A DNA stretch of 64,000 nt from Phaeosaccion multiseriatum (Eukaryota; Protista; Ochrophyta, other classes): contig OZ218955.1 in assembly GCA_965112735.1 (NCBI GenBank), positions 4,034,409-4,098,408 of the forward strand, written 5' to 3'. The position numbers and the translations under genes were made by a program. Positions 35,459 to 48,200 of the stretch are shown piece after piece. Positions within the stretch are counted from its first letter, which is position 1. Every line of letters starts with the position of its first letter. The notes under the pieces are model-generated. The model had not been told where the DNA came from and did no database searches. It was given only the letters and a program-made list of their open reading frames with translations.

Positions 35459-38400
35459 ATGCGCGTTATCAATGTGGATTGCATCATCGTCGGCGGAGGG
35501 ATCGCTGGGCTCAGTGCAGGAAACACTCTGCAGCGGACCATCGGTGCCACGGGCATGGCCTTGGAGTATTTAGTTCTCGAGGCGGGAGACCGATGGGGTG
35601 GGAGAGTACACACCCATCCCAGGGCCAAGGGGGTGGAGCTGGGGGCTCAGTGGCTGCACGGGACGGAAGGCAGTCCGCTGTTCGACTTCCTCGTGGAGGA
35701 GGGCGTGTACAGCGGCCACGACGCCTTCGTCAACGGAGACGAGCACGAGCAGGTGCGTGTGTTGCGGACGCCTAGTGGGTCACGGTGCTGTTTCTGCTGC
35801 TCCTGCCAAACGGCGGGCGGGGGGGGGGGGCGGGCTATGGCTTCTGTACTGTCCACTTCATTTCTTCTTGAGACTCCACTGCGAAACATGTTTGTCGAAG
35901 GACAAGTCTCTCCCTCTCTTTTTTTTTTTTTTTTATTAAGTCACTTGCCCTCCCACCACCAACAGAAACTCTTACTTCGGCCTCTGGTGGACATCGAAAA
36001 TCGACGAGGTAAGGTGCGAGTGAAGATCGAGGGAAGGGATGTCAGCAGTCTTTCTCTTTCTTCTACCCTCTCTGTCTCCTCCCTCCCTCCCTCTCCACTC
36101 TCTCTCTCTCTCTCCTAGCCCCTCATTGCTCTCCTTCCCACGGACTTCCGATATGCCCGTATGCCCTCCTCAGGCGACGGAGAGCTTGTGTGTCCCGAGC
36201 TGCTGCACGAGACCAAGTGGGCGTGGGACGAAGCTGTAGAGGCTCTCGATAGCGTCGCCAGCGGTGGGGGGCAGCAGGAGATGGCGCCAGACGCGCCGCT
36301 CGGGCCATTCCTGAGGGAACGGGTGGCGCAAACGCTCGGCAGGGAGCCTGACCCGAGTGAGTGGGTTGGAAGAGGGCGTGGGACAGGGGAAAACTGAGGG
36401 CGGGACGGAGCGTCTTTCTTCCTCTCTCCTTCACTGACGCTGGTGCTCCGTCCCCCCTGTGACTCCCCCTGTGTGGTAGGCATCCTCGGCCACCTGGAGA
36501 GGTGGCAGTGCTCTGTGGAGGGCTGCGCGAGCCTTGACGACGTGTCTCTCGCGGCGTACAAGAGCTACAGAGAGCTCGAGGGGGGACACGTGCGTGTGCC
36601 GGGTGAGCAAAGGGAGGTGGGCTGAGTGAGGGACAAAGGGGGGTTGGGGCGTGGGGGGCATGCAAGGGCATATCGATCGGTCTCTCCTGAGTGCGAAATG
36701 CAGCGAGGCATGTAGTTGTCCTCATCCTCAGCCGGCCTCCTGTTGTTCGCGCCCCTCCCCTATCACACGCATTTTATACCCCACGCATCCCAGGGGGCTT
36801 CTCGAGAGCGGCGGACGCCCTTGCGTCCAAGCTGCCCGCAGAACGAAAGCTCCTCCGCCACGAGGTGCACAAGATCCGCTGGGGCGGCACGGGGGGGGGG
36901 ATGGCAGTGGATAGGGAGGAGGGCAGTTACGGCCCCGTAGAGGTGCACTGCCGCTGCCCGAGGAGGAGAAGAAGCAGGGGAGGAGGCGGTGAGCAACACG
37001 AGGTCGAAGAAGAGGAGGGCGAGGAGGAGGTGGTGTTCACCGCTGCGCACGTGATCGTGACGGTGAGCTTGGGAGTGCTCAAGGCGCAGGGGAGGGAGTG
37101 GTTCGAGCCGCCGCTGCCGAAGGAGAAGGTAAGTAAGTCAGTAAGTAAGTGAAATGGTGCTACTGCTCGGCCCCTCCCCTCTCGCTCTTCACTCTCTGTC
37201 TGTCTTTTCTCGTCTCGCTGTCTCTGCCCCCGCTCCCCCCCCCACTCTCTCTCTCTGTGTGTGTGTCACACACGCCCACACTAACTGTATACATGCGCTC
37301 CTTCACCCCACCATATTCCTGTCTCAGTCACCCCACCACCCCCCTTGTCTCATTCTTACCCTACCTTCTCCCCTCTATGTCTCGGTTGATCTGTGCTCAC
37401 TGCCTTATGGTCGACACCTCCATTCTGCCGTCATGGACGTATGGCCGGCCCCGCTCAGCTCAGCGCCATCGACAGGATGGGCTTTGGCAGCGTCGATAAG
37501 GTGTTCGTGCAGTGCTCTCGGAGCGAAGCAGTTAGCGATGCAGCATCACCAGCAGCAGTTGGGGATACAGCAGGTGCGAGCAGTCGCCTGTAAGTCTGGA
37601 CTCGACGACAGCGTCTCTGACCTTTGACCTCTGACCAGAGCTTCCCGCCCTCTCCTGCGCCGTCTTGCCCCCTCCCGCCCAGGGAGGAAGGGCGCAATTG
37701 GCGGTTCAGGAGGGAAGGTCAGCGCAAACGTGGCTTTGTTCCGGCCCACCAACTTGAAGTCCAACTTCACGACCGACTTGAAGGATTCCTCCTCCTCCCC
37801 CTCGGCCCCTAAACCTAACGCCCCCGTGTCATCAGTGCAGACAACAGGGCAGACAGGGCAGACAGTCGGGGCCGGGACTGCACACTCCTCTCTAACCGTC
37901 GAAGGAGAAGAAGGAGAAGGAACAGCTGCCCCCTCCGCGTGGACGGATGGCGTGGGCAGCTTCCTGCGCGAGGAGAGCCCTGGGGAGCCTTCCTTTATGG
38001 TCAGTTGGCTTGCAGGAGAGGCGGCCGAGCGAATGGAACAGACCTCCCTAGAGGTGCGTATATAAACTCGTTGCGTATGTGACTGGTGAGGCTGAGCCTC
38101 TGTGATCTGTAACTGCCGTTCCCAGAGGGAGATGCACTGCCTCTGAGAGGGCTGAGGGCTTGGTGGTGTTCGAAGTGTTCGGCTGTTCAGGGTTGCTTGT
38201 TCTCCCTCTCTTGACTTGATATAGAAATGAGTCTACCGCTACACGCTCTCCCGGCGCCTCTCTCTTGCCTCTGGACGGGGCATTGGCAGTAACGCACAAC
38301 CCCTCCACCCTTCCCCTAACCTCCCCTCGGCTGTGGCTGTGTACAGGACATTGGGCGTGATTACACCGCCCTCCTTGAGCAAAGCACGGGCGGAGACAAG

Positions 38401-39379
38401 TGGGCCTTGGGCGCTCCCTCCGCCTGCACAATGCAGCAGAACCCCCCTCTAAAGGGGGAACTCCCGTCTCCCCCTCTGGAGGCGGTGCTGCGGTCGTCTT
38501 GGGCGTCGGACGAGCGCTTTCGGGGCTCTTACTCCTTCATCAGCCGGGCCTCCTCCGTTCAGGACATCCACGAGCTGCAAGCGCCTCTCCCGGGGGGCAG
38601 CGGGGAGGAAGAGCAGCTCATCCCGCGTGTGCTCTTTGCAGGTAGGACTCGCTGATGGGATGCGTGTATGGGCATGCGTGCGTGCGTGCGTGCGTGTTTG
38701 TGGCAGAGATGGTGGTAGATGGTGGTAGGCAAGAAGATGTCCCCTCCCTGCCCCAATGATGTAACCCCCTCCCGTCGTCCCTCTCCTCCTCTGGCCAGGC
38801 GAGGCCACCCACCCTTCCTTCTTCAGCACCACCCACGGGGCCTTTGCCAGCGGCCAGCGGGAGGCTCGAAGGGTTCTGGCGGTGTTTGGAAGCAAGGTGC
38901 GTCTGTTTGGGTCCCGTGCTTGCTCTGCTTGGGGCTCTTGCTGGACGCACGGACAAAGTCTCAGGCGCAGCAGGATTTTGTTGAGGGCGGACTGGACCTA
39001 CAGGGGCGAGGGACCTACAGGGGCGAGGGACCTACAGGGGCGAGGGGTGCCGCTTTCCTTCTCATTCGCTGCCGACTTCCATCTCTCGGCCTCACCCCCC
39101 CTTCCGCCCTCGCTGCCGGCCGGGTCGCTTTGCCGCAACCCCCCTTCCCGCCCGCCTCTCTGTCTGCCTGTCCAGGATGCAGTTGCTGCCTCTACCGGTG
39201 CTGCTACCGCTGCAGCAGGAGCTCCAGCGGTATCACCAACTGCTGATGCTACCGCGGGGGAGAGTACGTCGATGGCGGATGACAGAACAAAAGAAGGGGG
39301 AGAAGAGCGCTCAGGAAAAAAGACTGCGTTACTATTAGACAGTGCAGATGGCATAAAGGGAGAACGAAGTAAAAAATGA
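35459..39379 (+). CDS. Flavin-containing amine oxidase, polyamine/spermine oxidase-like (multi-exon)
   Basis: FAD motif IIVGGGIAGLSA, then LEAGDRWGGRVHT, ELGAQWLHG, VIVTVSLGVLK, FEPPLP, MGFGSVDKVF, WASDERFRGSYS, LFAGEATHPSFFSTTHGAFASGQREA. Confidence 0.9.
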
Positions 39380-39532
39380 GAAAACAACCAGACCCAATAT
39401 AAACCCGCGCCGCCCCTTGATGTAGCTTTTGATCTGGGCACTCTTCCTACTCAGCTTCTTGCCCCGACCCCCTGAAGAGAGGAAGCGAGAGAGAGAAAAA
39501 GAGCGAAAAATAGAGGGGGGAGACGACACAAG

Positions 39533-42286
39533 ATGCCAAAGCGCAAGCGGGCTGCTCTCAAGCCCAACGCTGGCCGCTCCGTGCGGAGGCCTGATTCCAC
39601 GGGGGAATCAGGGGTTCCCGCGGCGATGGGGCTCCGCTTGACGCCCGAGCTTCTCAGCCTGTTCCAACAGGACGCAGAGGAGGATGGCTTGGGAACCTCG
39701 GGATCATCAGACGACGAGCAGCAGGGAGAGCAGGGGAAAGGGCGGAAGAAGCAGAGCCTGGCGGTCAGCGTGTCCTTCAATGCCTCGGGTACGTGATTTT
39801 TTCTTCCTCTACTGCTACTCTGTGCCTGCCTGCTCCCCTCTCCCTCGCTCTCTTCTCTCCGACGCCCTCGCTTCCCTTCTCCCCTCCCTCAAGTCCCTCA
39901 ATGACGAGACCTAATTGTCCTGCGCTCTGCCCTGCCCCCTTCAGGAGTACCCATTCTGGAGGTGAACGGCAAGGCCTATCCTCTTCAAGTGAGCTCTGAG
40001 GTGCCCTCCCGCGTGCAGGTGTACGAGGAGAGCCCAGACGGCAAGTCGCTGCAAGAGGTGGCCAACGTGCACCGCAAGCTCATCGTGCAGCAGGTGAGAG
40101 GGAGTGGACACGTTTTTTAAGATTGGCTTGCTCTGTCTACATCTACTTCCCCTGTTGAGGGGGAGCGGCTCACGTGGCCCTGCTTCAGTGTGCAACCATC
40201 CATATCCGGCACCCAAATTGTGCCCCCCGCTGGAGTGAACACCCTTCACCCCCGCGCCTTCCTCTTGAATCAACACCCTTCACCGTCGGCAGGGGCAAGC
40301 CCCCTGGCCCGATCGATCTTCTGACCCGCGCCCCTGTCCTTGGTGCCTCATCTTCCCACCTCAGGACCTCGACGAGAAGAAGAAGAAGGCCATGCGCACC
40401 AAGACCAGCGAGGCCAGAGCGGGCCGCGACGCGCAGACGCTGCGCCAAGTGAAGGACGGCGGAAAGAGCACCCGCACCAGCAGCAGTCCCCGCCACGCGC
40501 TCAGCTTACTGGCAGCAGACAGAGACGGAGACAGAGACGGAGACGGGCTCCCGCCGCCCCCCCCCCTCGGTGCGAGAAAGAAGGCGTTGGAGGCGAACTC
40601 TGCGCAGGGCGGCAGCGGGGGTGGAGGGGGTGGAGGGGGCGGCGGAGGCAGTGGCAAGAAAAGGAAGCTTGCCTGCGGAGGGGTGTCAGGGGGGGCAGCG
40701 GGATCGGCAGCATCAGTGGTGTCAAGCCCCCCCTGCGCGGTGCACTTTCGGACGGTGCGCGTGACGGGCTTCACTGTGCGCACGACATACGACTCCTACC
40801 ACCAGGACCTCCTCGACTTCTTCCGCTCCCTGCCCATCGACAAGAAGGTGTGTGTGTGAGAGAGACAGAGGGAGCGAGTGGGGGTGAGTGTGCGAGAGAG
40901 AGCTGTATGGGCACTGCTTGGAGGGGAGGGGAGGGGAGGGGAGGGAGATGGCCACGGCTTGGAGAGGAGGGGGGTGGAGGGGTGGCCCGCCCTGCCTTGA
41001 CTATGGCGCGTTCCTTCCACTATGGTGCGCCGCTGCTGTCCCACTTTGCACAAAGTGACGGTGGCTGTGTGACCAACTGCTGTGGATGTACTGTACGCAG
41101 GTGGGTATCATGGTGCCCTTCGGCGTGAAGGACCGCCGCGAGGAGGCGGGCGTGTGTGTTGGGCCGCAGCGGAGGGGAGAGTTCCTCGTGGCCTTCACCA
41201 CTCTTGAAGCCGCGCAGCTCGCCGTGAAGAGGAGGTGAGAGGGAGGCAGAGAGGGAGAGGGAAAGGGAGACAGAGAGGGATGGAGACAAACAAGAGAGGG
41301 AGAGACAGAGAGAGATAGGTACAGACAGACATACGGACAGAGAGGGGGGTGCCATTCCCTTCTTGCAGGTGCAGGGCACGCACTTGGTGCACTTTTGTAT
41401 GCTTGCCTTTCCCTCCCTCTCTCCCCCTCTCTCAGTGCCATTCTCTCTCTCTCTCCCTCCATCTCGTTGTGTCCTTAGCAAGGAGGGCGTGCTGTACACG
41501 AGCAAGAGCGGCGAGCGGAGCAAGCGCAAGAACGTAACCGTCCGCGTGGCCTCAGTGTTCCAAGCGCAGGACGCAGTGCGCTTCGCCCCCCGCCTGTCCC
41601 CCGGCCAGACTCTGCCGCAGCTTGCCGCATCCATCACACCGCACCTGCCCCTGGGACTGCTTGGACACGCCGACGTGCGTGCGTGCGTGTCGGGATGGGC
41701 GGCGCTGGCCAAGTCCATCATGCTCGGGCAGGGCCCTCCCGCTGTGTACGTGAAGGTACTCACTGCCTCCCATGGGGCGGGCTTCAAGGAAAGCGATCCA
41801 CGCAGTGTTGGTAGTAGCAGCAGTAGCGCTGGCAAGAGTGGACAGGACAAGGATGAAGGGGCGGAGGGAGCGGAAAGACGGGGCTTGGAGGAGCACATGC
41901 GGCGGCTCGACTCGGCTCTTCTCCTGCTCAAGGTACGGCAGCAGGCGCAGCAGCACCAGCAGGAGCAGCAAGGGCACCACAAGCCGGCCAGTAGCAGCAG
42001 CAGTAGCAGGGCCAGCAGCAGCAGGACCAGCTCCGCTTGGAGGAGGGCAGGCGCAGCAAAGGCCAGCGGCGGAGACGAGCCCAGCGAGGAGGAGAAGGCG
42101 GCGGAGAGGGCCCGGGCCGAGTCCAAGGCCAACATCAAGGCCCTCGGGTTCGCCATTCAGCTCGTCGACAAGGCCCGCTACGTGCTGGCCAACACAGTGA
42201 GGTGCATGCGGAGGGAGGAGGTGGTAAAGGAAGCCGCAAAGCGAGCTGCAACGCAAGCTGCAAAGCAAGCTGCGCCGGGCACTTGA
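39533..42286 (+). CDS. Nuclear protein with an ELL-N-terminal-like domain followed by a quasi-RRM-like domain (5 exons)
   Basis: Exons ~39533-39788, 39945-40093, 40365-40847, 41101-41234, 41479-42286 join in frame. NLS-like start MPKRKR. LRLTPELL...LEVNGKAY...VYEE...RKLIVQQDLDE resembles the plant/protist ELL N-terminus. VRVTGF...DLLDFFRSLPI...GEFLVAFTTLEAAQLAVKR resembles a hnRNP F/H-type qRRM. Both domain calls come from memory of the motifs. Confidence 0.65.
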
Positions 42287-42706
42287 GCGCCGCTGCGCAA
42301 GGGGAAAGGAGCAAAGTCGAGGTGTCTGGAGAGGAGAGGAGGCGTTTCCATCTTCGGATGAGGCCGCCTGTCTCTCGTCGCCGTTGGACTTGTTAGTAGT
42401 ACAATGTACATGTACAGCACCACCTGTGCCTCTCCCTTGGCGCAGACCAGCGAGAGGTGGGGTAGGATGTTGCAGTTTCAGCAGCATATATATCTGCCGC
42501 TCTCTCATGTGCCCACCCCCCCTTCTCTGCGTCTAGGGCCGCGAGAGGACTCCTCCGGGAAACGCTCCGGCAGCGTTTCCTTCTCGGAGAGCCTTGCCTT
42601 ACCGCCCAGTCCTCCCTACTGTACACACACCGACTGTAGTTTTTATCTGAGCTGTATTTTAAGTGTCAAGAGAGCGAAAAGCACCACCGGAGCATCCGGA
42701 GCATGC

Positions 42707-44995
42707 TTATTTGGCAGCCTTCTTGGCCTTGTGTCGGGCCACGCGGCGTCCACTGCGGGGGGGCGGGCGGACATGAGTCGGTCGAGACGAGAGGGGGGGG
42801 GGGGGTAGGTGGGGCGTCAGAATCGGTGCAGAACTGCAGGGCACTTGTGAAAAGGGAGTAGTGTGATGGAGACACAACCTCCCACCCCCCCCCCCCCGCT
42901 CCAACACTCGCATGACAAAGGTGTCTCTGAGTTCCCCCTCTGGGGCGGGGCCCAGCCACTGTGCCCTCATACTCACGTTCCCCGAATCTTGAGCCCGCGG
43001 TTCTTGGCCTCCTTCATTTGCTTTCGCGACGTCTCCTTCTTCTCGAGCAGCCCCTGGCGGATCAGGCGGTACTTGGGCTGTGAAGAGAGAGGGATGGATG
43101 GCAGTCAATGGAGGAGGCAAGACGGACAGACGGCAGTTAGGTGACAGTGATGCAATGTGGATGGAAGTAGAGAGACGGGCACAAGTGGGGAGGGAGGGAC
43201 TTGCGCCTCAAAGCATCCGTCATCAACCGCTGTCGCAAGACTCACGCCGGTGTGAGGAGCCCATGTACTATGTCAACAAAAGAAATCGAAGGGCCCTGCC
43301 CCTGCCCCTCCTATCTAATATCACTGGCTCACCTCGAACTTCTTAGCGTCCTCCACGGTGTCGTAGATGAGGCAGAAGCCCGTGCTCTTTCCTCCTCCGA
43401 AGGCCGTCTTGAAGCCGTACAGCACCACCGCGTTCTGGTCCTTCACGTTCTTCTGCTTCTGCTCACATCGCATCCCAATACACCCACAGTGAGGTAGAGA
43501 AGCGAGGCAAAGACGCGAGAAACGTCCAACAAAAGAGGGGAGGGGGTGAGAAGCCGCGACAGAGGGGGGGGGGGGGACCGCCGTCCGCTTCAGAGGGAGA
43601 CGCGGCCAACGCGGAGCGGGACATCGGCCAAAAAGGCCGTCCACGAATCTGAAAGCGCTTCGGCTCTGTGCATACGCCCTGTGCATGGCCTGCCCATGGC
43701 CTCTGTGTTTGTGTAATGAGGCCCAAAGTGGCGCCTTCTTTCCGTCCACCCTGTGTCCCTTTCGGGACCCTCTTTCCCGCCCCCTGCGACAATGCTCCTT
43801 CCTGCCGTCTGTGCCGTCTGTGTCGCATATCCACTCAGCTAATCGTGAGCTGAACTCCTTCCCCTTCACCCTGCCTGTCTGCGGTCTGTTGCCTGGTGTG
43901 TCCACTCCTCACAGGGGGGGAGGGTCCCCAATGCCAACAGTGCTCAGCCTCAGCCCCCCCTCAAGCACCGAGCGGCACAGGGCTACAAGAGATTTGGCCC
44001 ATCGCCGCAAACATACACACGCACACGCGCGCACGCACTGACCTTGGCCATCAGCTCCTGGAGCTCCGCCTTTGGTACGTTCGCCCTGTTGGGGTGGATG
44101 ATGTCCACGCACTGGGGAGGGGGGCGGGCAAGGGGGGAGGGCAGACGCGAGGCAGCATACGCAAAGAGGAGGGAGCAAAATAGGTCAGAGACGTGCGCTG
44201 TCGAAGGCGTGAAGGCCAGTCAGGCCTGTCGGGTCTCCCCTCCGACAGCCGCAGCACACGAAGAGGGGACGACGCTCTGGAGTCTCCAGAGCCTTCCAGG
44301 CCAAGGGAAAGTCTATATCACAGTGCTGAAGTGCTGCCGGGGCTGCTTGTGCCGCGATATCCAGAGCTGCATGGCGTTGGGTAGCTTATCAGATCACTCC
44401 CACACAGGGGTCCCGGGTCGAGCACATCCGAATCACACGGGAAGCCCAACCAAACCCCCATTGGGATCGACCTCTAGCACAGCCCACCCGCCTACTCACT
44501 GCCAGTACCGATAGAGGGAGCAGCGACGACGACTAAATGGGGCGGACAACCGCCCCGAGTCTAAGTCTAGCCTGCTGCTCCTGCTGCTGCTGCTGACTGC
44601 GGCTCGGCAGCTCCCTCTGACTTCGTAGCAGCAACGGCCACCCAAAGACACCGCATAGTGGAGGCCCGTCTGGCAAGGCACCAGCACCACACAAACACCA
44701 CTCTGACTGCTCTGCTCTTCCCTGCTGGTGCTGCTCCCCCTCTTCCCATCAATAACGTGCTCCTCCCTCGCTGGTGCTGCTGCTGCTGGAGCCACTACTG
44801 CGTCCAGATCAGTCAGGTTCCCACCCAGAGACGGAGCAGAAGTAGCAAGAGCAGCAGCCGCAGCGGTACCGCAGCAGCGCTCTTCCTGGTGTGGTCAAAC
44901 CCTCAGCATAGCGTCCTTACCATCTGCCTCCTGGCGAGGAGAGCATTGCGAATGAACTTGCGGGTCCGAATCGTGACAGGGGCCTTGTCCGCCAT
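42707..44995 (-). CDS. RPS24: 40S ribosomal protein S24 (eS24), 5 coding exons
   Basis: [25 protein letters not shown] (44921-44995), [23 protein letters not shown] (44043-44111), ...[32 protein letters not shown] (43333-~43458), [10 protein letters not shown]...KIRGT (42977-43077), [14 protein letters not shown] (42707-42752). A probable 5'-UTR intron lies at ~45006-45077. Confidence 0.97.
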
Positions 44996-45077
44996 TGCTG
45001 CTGCTCTGGAGGGGTAAGGGGGGGGGGATGTCAGTGGATAGGGGGGTGGTTGGCTGGAATGAAGCGCTCTCTCTCAC

Positions 45078-45295
45078 CTGCTCCTTAACAAATTAGCTCT
45101 GCCACCGATCAGAGGCCAACCCCGGGGGCACAATCTGGTGGCTCATCCCGGCTCGGAGCCATACAGTTTCGGAAAAACATTTTCCGCCCAAAAAAAGAAA
45201 ATAAGCCTGCGCCAACAGAGAGAGAGGGAGGCCGACACGTAGATAGAGAATGGAAAAGCAGTCTTTTCTGTCGTACAGCAGGTAGGTAGGATACC
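45078..45295. promoter_or_regulatory. Likely bidirectional promoter between RPS24 and the kinesin
   Basis: About 220 bp lies between two divergent 5' ends and contains AT-rich tracts. Inferred from gene orientation only. Confidence 0.45.
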
Positions 45296-48200
45296 ATGGC
45301 GCTCTCTCCCCCGCCGCTGGCGGCACTGGCGCTCGAGGAGGACTTCTTGGAGGAGATTGTGTGCGCTCGCCTGACCGTGGCCCTGAGAGGTAAGCGAGCT
45401 CACCCCTTTTGGTTTTAAAGCCGTTCGATAGGGATGGCCTCGTCGTATTGTGTCGTCAACCCGTCTCCTGTGAAGCAGCTAAGCATTCTGGTCTTTGAAG
45501 GTTCCCAACGGTTTGCTGCCTCGGCCAGGCCGACTGGCTGCCTCGCTCTTCGGCCTCCTCGCCCCTTCTTTTTCCTGGCCCCTCGCCCCCTGCTGCCTGT
45601 CACTGCTCGATCCTCAAACAATATCACCGCGCTGCGGTCCTTCTCGCACCCTCCCGCAGTGCGTCCTCCCCGTCGGCGGCTCAATCGACAGGGCGGCAGT
45701 GGAGGGGGCAACAAGAAGGACAGGGACCAGCAGGGCCACCATGGCCACGTATGTGTGCATTCCAGCAGCACTGGAGCCTCCGATGGCAGTGGGCAATCCG
45801 TCTCGGTCATGCACAACAAAGGGAGCACTCGCGAGCACACGTATGACCACGTCTTCTGGGGCTTCTCGGAGCCCGAGGAGGAGCGGGGGGGAGCAGGAGG
45901 GGGTGGCAAAAGGAGCGTGAGTAGGCCTAGCAGCTCGGGTCTGAGCAGGCGTGTGTCGAGTCAGGAGGATGTCTACAACGCGATTGGCGAGCAAGTTGTG
46001 GTGCAGAGCCTGAAGGGCATCAACTGCTGCATCTTTGCTTATGGTCAGACGGGTTCGGGAAAGGTACGAGAGGGAGAGCGACATGAGCGAGTGTCTGTGG
46101 ATTGACCAGTGCTATGTCCGCCTCGGTGGGCTGCTTCTCCCCCCCCTGAAGGGCGCCTCGTCACATTCGTCCCCGCAACCCCCTAAGGATCGCGTTCGTC
46201 TCTCCTCCTTGTTTCAGACGCACACAATGCTGGGGACGCCAGCAAGCAGCAGCAGCAGCAGTGGGGGAAAGAAGGGCAGAAAAGGGAGCGCCGCCGCCGC
46301 CCAGCACCAGGTCCAGCTGCCGCCTCTGTACCAAGATGAAAGCGATAAGGGCCTCATCCCCCGCATCTGCGAGGAGCTAATGCGGAGGGCGCCCCCCGGG
46401 GTAGATGTACCCTCCGGAGACGGGGTCAAGCAGCACCGCTACTCCGTGACCTTCGTGGAGATTTACATGGAGCAGGTGAGGGACCTGCTCGACGACTCTG
46501 GCGACGGTCAGGCGCCCCCTGGGGACTCATCTTGTCCTGCCTCTCCTGCGGGGGGGGGAGAGACTGCCAAGCCGCGTCTGAAGGTGCGGGAACACCCCAC
46601 GCAGGGGCCCTTCGTGGAGGGGGCGAGAATGGTGACGGTGGGGAGCGACGCAGCCATCCTGCAGCTGCTGGCGGAGGGGCAGCGGCGGAGGGTCGTGGCC
46701 TCCACGGGCATGAACGAGGCATCCAGCAGGAGCCACGCCATCTTCACGCTTAGGGTGGAAGCGCTCGTGGCCGCTCCACCCTCCTCCCAGGCCGAGGGAG
46801 GAGGGCTTGCAGACAAAGACAGGCCGAAGGAGGAGGAGGCCCCTCCCGCTGCAGGCTTGGTGGTTGCCAGCGAGGCCAAGATCAACCTCGTGGACTTGGC
46901 CGGCAGCGAGAACGCCGTGGCCGCCAGCGGTGGCGTATCGGAGGGGAGCGTAGGCCCAAACGCCACGAGGCTGAAGGAGGGGTGCGCCATCAACAGGTCG
47001 CTGTTGAGCTTGGGGAGGTGAGTGTAACTAAACGAAGCGGCGATGCGTTGCAGGGAGCGGAGTATAGCAGAGAGAAGGGTATAGAAGGGTGTTCGTCCTG
47101 CTCACTCTTGTGTATTGATCATGCTCTTCGGTCGACAACTCCTCATTACTGCTTGTCGCGTTCTCTCTGTGTCCTTGCAGAGTCATCAACACCCTCGCCA
47201 AGCGGAGCGCTGCCGACTCACTCAGCCCCAGGACAAGCCCATTCAGCATGGGGGGCAGCGGCCGATTCAGCTTCACCCATGCAATCGACGCCGTGCCTCA
47301 CGCGCCCCTAACGGAGGAGGCAGAGGCCGACACACCTCTCTCGCTGCTGACGGACGAATCGTTTAGCGCCGTAGAGAGTCAAAGCTTGAGCCCCCCAGGA
47401 AGGGGAAGGGGGAGCTCCGCTTCAACGAGGGATGATATGCACCGCGACCTCGATACCGACCCCGACGAAGAGAAGGGGGGAGAGGCCGATGGCCCTGCTT
47501 CTTTCATGGCCTCGGAGAGCACCGTAGAGGGAGAGAGAGACGAGCCAAGAACGGGGAGCGGAGTCGCAGCAATTGACTTGGCCCCGTCTGTGCCGGGTGT
47601 GGCCAGCGGGAAGCCCTTGTTGGAAGAACCCTCGGAGCGAGAAGGTGAACATCAGGGAGGTGGGCTCGATTCTCCCAGCAGCGATCGCAGCAGCGACCAC
47701 CGCAGGGGCACGTCGACTCGGTCGGCTCGGGCGCTCTTCGCCTCGTCCCCCTCCTCGCACACACGGTATTCTGTCTCGAGCGATAGCAGGACCGAGGCCC
47801 AGCCCCCTCCCCCAGCCGCGCCCGCCCCTCCCACTGCTAGTGCTAGTGCTAGTGCTCCCACTGAGCCTGGCGAAGGCAGTCTTCCCCCGCCTTCGTCCTC
47901 GCAGAGCAGCCCCCGCCAACAGCAGCAGCGCTCACCAGCAGCCACGCCAGGCGACAGTCGGAAGCGGCCCATGCCCATGGGTGGGACCGCCACCCGTATA
48001 CCTCCACCTGCAAGGAGCCCCCGTGCACTGGGCTCTCCCCCCCCCTGCCAAGAGGGCCGCAGCGGCAGCGTGTACCGCCCAGGGGCCAGCAAGCGGAGGC
48101 AGCAGCCGAGAGAGCCTACCTCCACCTCCACCTCCTCGTCTGCCTCGCCCTCGCCCTCGCCCTCGCCCTCGCCCTCGCCCAGCAGGAGCAGGAGCAGGTC

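Noticed and set aside
45434-45659. Kinesin start at ATG 45434, as in the ORF track
   Set aside because: Splicing from the exon at 45296-45389 restores the conserved VALRVRP strand, so this segment is intronic.
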